The notes beneath the pieces are model-generated. The model worked only from the letters and a program-made list of their open reading frames with translations. It was not told the DNA's origin and searched no databases. The position numbers were made by a program, and so were the translations under genes. A DNA stretch of 64,000 nucleotides from Eledone cirrhosa. Lineage: Eukaryota. Positions 54,165 through 64,000 of this stretch are shown here, piece after piece (within the stretch, counting starts at the first letter, position 1; every line of letters starts with the position of its first letter). The stretch spans positions 81,220,001 through 81,284,000 of the forward strand of contig OZ024747.1 in the NCBI GenBank assembly GCA_964016885.1. The letters run 5' to 3'.

Positions 54165-54207
54165 GTCACTGAAGAGGTCACAGAGTGTGTGACGAAAGAA
54201 CTATGAC
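54165..54207 (+). ncRNA. Minimal type I hammerhead ribozyme motif with a near-canonical core
   Basis: GTCA-CTGAAGA-G-GTCACA(GAGTG)TGTGAC-GAAAG(AA)CTA-TGAC. Predicted CUA cleavage triplet. Confidence 0.75.
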
Positions 54208-54356
54208 AATATATAAACAACTATCTGGTTGTGGAACCAACCAACCAACCAGAAATTTATAAATTTATAAATTTATTATAAATTTATTATAATAAATTGA
54301 AGTGAAAGCAACTGGTGCGTGTGTTTCTTATTGGCAACATGACCCTCCCAAAGTAT

Positions 54357-54434
<78 letters not shown>

Positions 54435-54580
54435 AAAAAAGGAACCAAATAAATATATATATTTAAAAAAAAAAAATAAGACTCCAGTTGCCTTTTCGAT
54501 TTCATCTCTTTTTCTTTATACTTTCACTCGTGTAGGACACCCCGGTTATTTTTCATTTTGTAAAAAAAACCTCACTTTCT

Positions 54581-54700
<120 letters not shown>

Positions 54701-55464
54701 ACTATGTACACAATATGAAACACAACTTTAATTAATTTTGAAAACCATACAATGCACTAGAAAGAAAATCAAGATTGCTAAGATAACAAAAGATCCTTAC
54801 CTAAGCAAATTTGATTATCAGGAATTTGCTGTTGAAATGGCAAGAGCACAGCCATTGGGCCCTAACTCTGTAATATATTTACACTCTATTATCCCAAGTA
54901 TCGAGTCCTCTGCTGAATAATGGTCTTACTAGTTTAAAACTATTAACTCTGATCAATATATATGAATATATATATGTATACATACATGTGAATGCCCACA
55001 TGTGAACATACACATATTTATACTAAACTGTTGGCAGAGCTCACTTAAGGATTGGTTGAATTTGTTAAGTTCACTACTTCAATATGTATCACCACTCACC
55101 ATACACATTCATACATATCTATATATATTTAGAGATAAATATTCACAGAAAATATTATCTGCACTCACAAACACACACATATATACCAAAATGTATTGTG
55201 TCTATACATAACAAAAAAGTTTTAATTAAACAGTTGAATAAATACATAAATAAATTGAAGGATTCTCATTGGATAAAAAAACCTAGAAAATCGAGGAGAC
55301 ATGACATGGAGAGTAATATAACTTGGGAAAATAACTGAAAGAGAATAATATTTAAATATATATATATACTCATTCACATGCCCATATATATATATATTGT
55401 ATGATATAATTTAATGGGAGTCAAATAAACAAGACATCACAGGAAATAGATATACATTTCCATA

Positions 55465-55520
<56 letters not shown>

Positions 55521-56027
55521 TAAAGAGAAAACATTGACAAAAATAATAATAAAGAGATATATTATGTAAACATTTTTAACTTGACATTTAATATTTTATA
55601 TATCATGATCATCATCATATATTTTCATAACAATTTGAACTTGAAATAATTGCATATATATTTGTTTGTCTGTTTCATATACATTTCTTCTATTTTGTTA
55701 TATTTGTGTCTGGTTTGTGAACTATTATTATTGTAATTGATAGTGCTGCTGTTGTTGTTGTTAAATGCTATCTTCATCATTGCACAGTGTTGATGTTAAC
55801 TACCAGTATTTTTCTTCTTACCATCAGGCTTCATCTTGGAGCTTAAGATGATGAGATTTTGCTTTTTACTCTTCTAAGTGGTATCCATCACTTTTATTAT
55901 AATTGTTATTCATCATCATCCTCATATCACGTTCACTTTTCCCTGCTTGCAATTATTATTATTATTATTATTATTATCATTATTATCATTATTATTGCTA
56001 GTGTAGATTCAAACTTCTATACCTCTT

Positions 56028-56470
56028 CACTATAAAGTGGTTGTGATGGTGATATGGCAAAAAGCACCCAGCCCACACTGTAAAGTGGTTGTGTAGGTTT
56101 TACCTGCAAAAAGCACCCAGTCCACACTGTAAAGTATTCGTCTATGGCAAAAGGGCCCCAGCCACACTGTAAAGTGGTCATGTAGGTGTCACACCAAAAA
56201 GCACCCAGTCCATACTGTAAAGTGTTCATCTATGGCAAAAGGGCCTCAGCCCACACTGTAAAGTGGCCATGTAGGTGCCACACCAAAAAGCACCCAGTCC
56301 ACACTCTAAATGTGGTTGGCGCTAAGAAAGGCATCCAGTTGTAGAAACCAAGCAAAGATCAGTTTTGTATGAGCATGACATGGTTACCTGACCTAGCATT
56401 GCTCACAACAGGATAACTCATCTAACCCACACCAGCAGGGAAATGAATGTTAAATGGTAATGATGATGAT
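56028..56470 (+). mobile_element. RTE-type 3' tail element with an expanded internal tandem array
   Basis: About 6 copies of caaaaagcacccagtccacactgtaaagtg, then the RTE tail and (GAT)n. Confidence 0.8.
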
Positions 56471-57699
56471 ATATATATAGATATTAATATTATTAGAAGA
56501 GTTTTGAAGCTATACTAGTGACTCGAGGACAAGAAGTTTTGTGCTTAACGAACAAGTCAGAATTAGTTTTAATGAAACCCAGTTTTGGTGAGTGCATAAT
56601 GTATGAAACTCCTTGTACTCAAGTCCTTGGTATAGCTTTACAACTATAATAAAATATACATCCTTCTACCCATGTACTGATTTTTGTTTCTCATACTTGC
56701 ACAGCCAAACTTATGTATTTATGTAGGTATGTCTGTATGAAGGTTTACCAATGCACAAACAGATTGAATAGTATTAATTTGGCATAAATTTTCTCCAAGT
56801 GATTATTCTGTGGATGTATCTGCCTTATACAAGCTGAAAGGACATGTAACACTATCAGGGCAAGTAAATCCTCAGCCTATGTCTCGATAGTGGTAAAGTT
56901 TAAATATACGTGTGGTGAATCTTAACACTAACATGCTAATTGCAACAAAGGCTGTTGTTAGATTGAAGAATTGTAAGAAGATAAAACTAGTGTGTGGAAT
57001 AGAGATAGTGAGTGTGTGTGCGAGGAGGGGTTGTAACTAACATAGAACACTATAATACAGCAAGGTGTTAATGTTAAATTTATCTCTTCTTATATTGATC
57101 TCTGTTGAAACAATTTAAGGTAAGACCACAGTTTCACAGAAGAAATACTCCTATTGATTGCAGACTTGAATGAATGGAAGGAAGAAAGGAAATTAAATAT
57201 TGATGACAATGAAGAAGACGAGAATGATCAACATGATGATACATATATTTCTTATTCCTACTTTCCATATTATTCCATCCTCTTAATATAGTTTCCTCAT
57301 TATTCAGCTTTTATTTATTGATGATGATAGTAGTGGCAGTGATGATGGCGATGATGATAGTGGTGTTAGTGATGGCAGTTGTGGTGATAAGCATTGAGAG
57401 GAAAAGGAGCAAGTGTATGCAATTTCAAATTCACTCTGGTCATACACATACATTATAGTTTTAATTAATCCTTCACATCCTATAATGAATAGTAGAATAT
57501 GTCTTAAAGCAGGTTTTGTTAATTCAAATGTTCATAGTATCTTTACTAGGGGCTGATTGTTGTGAAAAATTTGATGTGATGCAGTCATAGTGCTGTTGTG
57601 TACGTTTTAAGAGTGCCTTGCTAATGTAGAACACACTAAAGATTAAAGACAAACACCAACAACAAAAGTATATTGTGTCCATGATATATATTGGTTTCT

Positions 57700-57848
57700 T
57701 ATATAGGGACAAGCCCAGCAATTTTGGGTGAGGGGAAGTCAATTAAATCGACCCCAGTGCATGACTGGTACTTTTATTTTATCGCCCCCATAAGGATGAA
57801 AGGCAAAGTTAACCTTGGCGGGATTTGAACTCAGATCATAAAGGGCCG
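57700..57848 (-). mobile_element. tRNA-derived SINE (5918 family), partial
   Basis: Conserved body and B-box. Confidence 0.8.
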
Positions 57849-60800
57849 ATATATATTGAACTTTCAAAAGCCAGCTCTAGATACATAATCCTAGAATAAA
57901 CATTATTTATAAAGTTCTGAGCTTTAATCCGTCCATGGGGTATAATGTAAAGACACACGTGCTGCTTCATATCAATTCATCCAGATTCACTGCACAGAGA
58001 TAAAAACTTCTGTAATATTCCAGCAATTCAATGAACTATGTGAGTCACCTTACTTGAGGCATTTATTAAGTTACAAAGCATACTTTACAAATGTTTTTTC
58101 TATCCTATTTCGTGATGAATAAGACTCTGTTTTAGGAGGAGGGTGAATGCCAAGGTGGGTGGAGTATTTATGAAAGATGTAATGTTTATGCCTTTACCAA
58201 GAGCAATCTGAAAACAAGTGAATTGAATTAGCCTCTACTGGGAAATAAAATGGCATCACATGGTGCTTATGTTCTGTGATGTTCATTATGCTGTTTGATC
58301 ACAGTTTATCAATAATCATCATAAAATTATCAAAAGTTACAACATGAATATTGTTCACATGAAAGCTATCATTATCAGAGTGGAACAAGAAAAATGCAGA
58401 GTAATTACTGTAAGTTCACGATTATGATATACTGCAACTGAAAATATGTCAAATATATTATATATATATCAGAATGGAGGGGGTAAAAACCAGTTAGACC
58501 ATTACTCACAAGAGTACTCGATACTTGGGGTCAGATCTAACTGTTGAAACAGCTGGAGCTCAGCCAACAGGGTCCCAAATGTTTCATATACATATATATC
58601 CTAAGTCCCAGCATTGCTTTCCCACCATGGTTGACGTTAATAAAAGGAGTGCTATATCATGACAAAAAGCATCTAGTCGACCCTGTAGGGTGGTAGTAAC
58701 AGAGCCATGATAGAATATTTCCAATACATGCTGTAAAGTGGTTGTTGTTAGGAAGAGAGTCCAACTGTAGGAATCAAGCAAAACATAGTCACTTGACCAG
58801 TCTAGCTTCAGTATGTGTCAATCTATTTATCTCAAGGAAGCATAGAAGGTAAATGTTAAATGGTGATAATGGTTATGATGACCACAATATATAAATTTCT
58901 GTATCTTTCAAAAGAGTTATTATTAAGAAAAATATATTAATATTTCAGTTTGTTAATTTTATTTTGTCTGTGTCACAGTTGAAATAGTTTGATTTCTATG
59001 CATCACCAGATGCAATATTTCCTATGCTTTACATATATACACTTGTTCTAAGATTGAACTAATGAAGCTTTAGTTCATAAGGGAAAATACACATATTTAA
59101 CCTGTTAAACTCAAATAAAACTAAAGGGGAGTTGGGGTCCTATTGGTATGGGCCTATGATTTTGAGGACCCTTCTTACTTCACATTTTAGTTATTTTATT
59201 CTGTTATTTGTATGTACAGCATGTACATTATATGTAAATGTATATATCTGTAACCCATACATAAATCATATGCATTAAGGACTGATTACTAAAATGTTTA
59301 ATGATCAGTTTGGAATAGAGCCTACATTTATGACCAGCTTTGGACAGGCCTAATTACAATAATTATATTATTGACATTAGAATTGAAATTCATGAAGCTA
59401 GTTGCAATGGATGTTTGAACTCAGAATCAAGAAAATCAAAACTAAATACTGTGAAACGTTTAGTTAAGAAACACTCATTCTTCCACAATGAGAAACAATC
59501 CTATAAGACTTTTCATTTAGAAATCTTAACTAATGGTAGGAATATTAGTTGGTGATTTATGCTAAGTAAACTGAGTTCTAAATTAATGCTTCTTTTGTTT
59601 TCATGAGTTCCCAATGACTTTTCTTTGTCTATATTTCCAATGTTACATTACACATTTCCTCACCCTTTTTTTTACCTCAAGCAGGACTGATAAAACACAT
59701 CTTAGACAGGTTTTGAAATTTCTAACAGGATTGTTTTAGAGAAAAGTGAAATAGTATAATATATCATGAGTTAAGGTAAGACTGTGTGGTCTAGTTTTCT
59801 TTATAATTACATGAATTTCAGTTTAAACCTTTGGTGTAACATATTAGACAAGTGCTTTGACCAAAGCCTAGTAAGTGACATTTGGTGGACAGATATTCTG
59901 TAGAGAAGACCAACAGAGAAACCACTCATGCTTTTAGGTAGAAAGCTTACTCTATCACATGGTTAAAAACTGCCACCTAGCTCATAAATGCCTTTAGCAG
60001 ATGACAAAAGGTGACAGATACATTTATAGCAGAGGAAGAGAGTTAACTTAATCAGCATTAAGATATTATTACAATTATTCTATTGGCATTAGCAGGATAA
60101 AATGTAAAGGTGACCTCAGCAACAAAAATTGCTAAAATTAATTTCTGTGAAACATAAAGTCAAGAGATATAATACTGTAGCTATCTCCACAAAAGTAATA
60201 CCACTATCATCTTAAGACTTTACTTGGCACTACCACCTTTCCGTGCTGATAGGGTGCTTTTCAGCATGGCACCAGTAGGGTGTGCAGGTGCTTTATACTC
60301 TGGCACTAGCACTACCTCATTTCAATAGCAGAGTACTTGTGTCCTAATCCAGGCTGTAGAGGCAGTGATGGGAGGAGGGGTGTAGGGCGAGAGGGGTGGG
60401 CAAGCTACAAGTTAAGAGAGGGAGCCATCTCACCATGTGAGAGCAAGTGTTGGGTCTTGGTGGTGGTCTTGATGGAAGTGTGTTCTACATAGCCATATAT
60501 TGCTGCATGTATATAATAAATCATTTCAATAAATAGAAAATACAACCACAGCCACTGACATTAATGTGAGAATACCTGTAAAATAATTAGGTGAAGTCAA
60601 ACACTAGGTTTGTCAATTTTGTTTGTGTGTGTGTAAGCGCAGTAAATATATACATATATATACACCAGGTCCAAACACAAAGGAATCAAACTTCCCCTGT
60701 CACTACTGCTGTCTTTCTTTCTCCCCCCATCTCTCACTATTATGAGTAAATGGAGGCCCACGTGCTGGCTATCCTGCAGCTTCGGCGGACAGAATAGAGA

Positions 60801-62562
60801 AGGCATTTCCCCAGAGGATGGTGAGGGAGATGCGCTGGAAGAACCATTCCAGCTCGCGAGGCTCACATCTGTGGGTAGCCATCTCTGTACCGATGGTGGT
60901 GAGTGAGAAGGTGGCCCTAGGGCCAAGGACAGCAGAAGTCTCTCTGGTCTAAGACAACATCATTCCTTTCTTTTAGCAGTCTCAAAGATCATCAAAAGGG
61001 TCATGAAAGTCTGATCTTCCTTCTCTGACAAAGCCATTAAAAATATTTTAAAAAGTCATTGAGTGTAGATTTAGGAAGGAGGAGCTGCCTACAATATACG
61101 CAAAAGCAAAACTTCTTTCTAAAAAAACTGAGTTTAATGTGGTAAGTTCTTAGAATATCATGATCACAGGGAACTGTTCTGATTTATTACTGTGTTCTGA
61201 AATATCACTTATTATTGTTTGCATAACTCTCTCTCTCTCTCTCTATATATATATATCTATGTACACACACACGTGAATATGCACACACATGAAAGCATGT
61301 GTGTGAGTATGTCTGCAAGCATGTGCACTCACATACTTTTACAAGCATTATCTTTAACAAAAACCTCATTGAGAATTAGTTAAGAAATATCATTTCAGTA
61401 TGAGACAAAAAAAAAAACTAAAAAAAAAACTAGCAAAAACAAAATAAATAACAGAGCAGAGAAGGAATATGGTAAAAAATAAAACAATAAAAAACAAAAA
61501 AACATAAACAAATATGGAAAAAAATGCAAAGTCAGCTCTCAATCAACACAATTTTCATTATCTTGTAAATTGTTGTCATGATAAATTTCTAAAGTTGAAA
61601 TGTATGAGTCTTGAACACAGCAAAATGTTGCTTAGTTGGTTTCTGTATAAAAGGAAAATTCAACATTAATGTTACGAGTACTATTTTTTTTTTATTTTTC
61701 ATCAACCATTTTCCATTTGCTGATTTGTTTGTTTGTTCCTTCAGTTGTAATATTTCATATTAATGAAATGGAAATATTGTAACTATGAAACTTTTATAAA
61801 ATTGTATTTCAATAAAAGTAAAGTATAATAAGTATGATAATCATGATGCTGATGATGATTATGATATAAGGTGACAGATACATTTAGAGGAGAGGAGTAG
61901 ATTTGATTTAAGCAACATTTAAGACATTATTGCAATTATACTATTGGCATTAGTAGGATAAAATGTAAAATTGACTTAAGCAACAAGAATGTGAAAACTA
62001 ATTTCTATGAAACATTTATACAAGATATGTAATGTTACAGACATCTCCACAAATGTAATGATGATCATGGTAATGTCTGCACGGAAGATATATATATAAT
62101 ACATCCTTTATTTGTGAGACGTAGGAAACACTATGGTGAATGTTGTAGAGGTTGAATTGCGAAATAAGAGACAATAGCATGGTTATAGTAAATAGTAGAT
62201 CATTTATATGTGTAAGGAAAAAAAATACAGCCACTGAGGATACCTGTAAAATATATGTGGATGTTATACGTAAATGTAGTTTGAGTGATATTCTATATAA
62301 TCTGACTATCAAAGAACTACATACACACAGGCACACACAGCACACATACATGCATGAACATGCAAACACACACCCACAAGTATGTTCATACATGACAGCA
62401 AATGCAAAAAAGAATATGTCTGCTGATACAATTAAAATCATCTGAAGAAGACTAAAAGTATCATTGTAAGATACTATAACATCAAAAAAAACCTACAGGC
62501 ATCATGCTAATTGCTACTTGAATTAATCAGGTGTTTATATTTAGTTCCTTCTTGTTGTGTGT

Positions 62563-62618
62563 GAATATATATATATCTACATATATATATATATCTACAT
62601 ATATATATATATATATCT

Positions 62619-62664
<46 letters not shown>

Positions 62665-63011
62665 ACATTATATATATATATGTACATTATATATATATAT
62701 ATATGTACATTATATATATATATATCTATATATATATGTACATTATATATATATATATCTATATTTATATATATATCTATATATATATGTACATTATATA
62801 TATATATATGTACATTATATATATATATATATTTACATTATATATATATATATAATATACATTATATATATATATATATATAATATACATTATATATAAA
62901 TATATATATACATTATATATATATATAATATACATTATATATATATATAATATACATTATATATATATAATATACATTATATATATATAATATATATGGA
63001 CATATATATCT

Positions 63012-63049
<38 letters not shown>

Positions 63050-63222
63050 CATTATATATATATAATATACTTTATATATATATATATAATATATGTATAT
63101 CTCCATATATATATCTATATATATATATATAATATACATTATATATATATATCTATATATATATATAATATACATTATATATATATATATAATATACATT
63201 ATATATATATAATATACTTTAT
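62563..63222. repeat. Degenerate (TA)n/tacattatata microsatellite; continues at 63612-64000
   Basis: Directly visible. Confidence 0.95.
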
Positions 63223-63610
63223 ATCATCATCATCACCGTTTTACGTCCGTTCTTCCACGCTAGCATGGGTTAGACGGGTTGTCCTGTTGTGGGCAGTGTC
63301 TGGTCGGCTGACGATGCCTTGCTCATACAGGAACTAATCTGGCTTGATTTCTACAGCTGGATGCCCTTCCTAACACCAACCTCATTTACAGTGAGTGCTG
63401 GGTGCTTTTTCGTGGCGCCTACACGTCCACTTTACAGTGTGGGCTGGGTGCTTTTTTTGCCGTGGCACCTCCACGACCACCTTGCGGTGGGGGGAGTGCG
63501 GGCATATTGTTTATATGCTTCAGCATGTACCCATGGGAGGTCGGGTACCCTGTATTACTGCGTGACGCCAGAAGTCACGGTCGTGTGTCATTGTCTTTGA
63601 GAGGTGTAGT
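63223..63610 (-). mobile_element. RTE-type 3' tail element inserted in (TA)n
   Basis: (CAT)n then cgttttacgtccgttcttccacgctagcatgggttagacgg; homologous to 45885-46140. Confidence 0.82.
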
Positions 63611-63671
63611 TTATATGTATATGTATATATATATATCTCCATATATATATCTATATATATATATAATATAC

Positions 63672-63736
<65 letters not shown>

Positions 63737-63739
63737 CAT

Positions 63740-63807
<68 letters not shown>

Positions 63808-63874
63808 CTCTATATATATATATATATATATCTATATATATCTAATATATATATATATATATATATATGTACAT

Positions 63875-63906
<32 letters not shown>

Positions 63907-64000
63907 AATGTACATTATATATATATAATTATATATATATATGTACATTATATATATATATATGTACATTATATATATGTACATTATATATATATATATA

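Noticed and set aside
54801-54867. Possible minus-strand exon (acag...gtaagg)
   Set aside because: Stop codons in all frames and no Sushi motif.
56028-56312. CRISPR-like repeat-spacer appearance
   Set aside because: The spacers are homologous to each other, the array is part of an RTE tail, the context is eukaryotic and there are no cas genes.

Overview
AT-rich, microsatellite-dense eukaryotic DNA whose repeat content (tRNA-derived SINEs, RTE-clade LINEs with (GAT)n tails, Helitrons, long (TA)n tracts) is consistent with an Octopus/coleoid cephalopod genome (inference). The window lies inside one minus-strand gene. Three phase-compatible exons (51627-51711, 46664-46755, 6590-6766) encode two Sushi/CCP domains, with a ~39.9 kb intron between the last two. 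Top finding: the RTE LINE copy at 18169-20751 (+) is massively A-to-G hypermutated on its sense strand relative to a sister copy at 42899-45460 (-). Hand counts give 29 A>G and 0 G>A in 216 nt, and 16 A>G and 0 G>A in another 120 nt. As preceded by G are spared, YADD becomes CADG, and the 3' tail is unaltered. This looks like an ADAR-hyperedited RNA that was reverse transcribed and fixed in the genome. The two copies are inverted in the same intron, so the host pre-mRNA could form a duplex rich in A.C mismatches. Second theme: eight minimal type I hammerhead-ribozyme motifs from several Penelope-like repeat families, with covarying stems and a recurrent non-canonical U.U pair at the base of stem II. 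Also present are three Helitrons, TTAA piggyBac-type MITEs, perfect palindromes and a PHD-like finger inside the LINE RT. All counts were made by eye.
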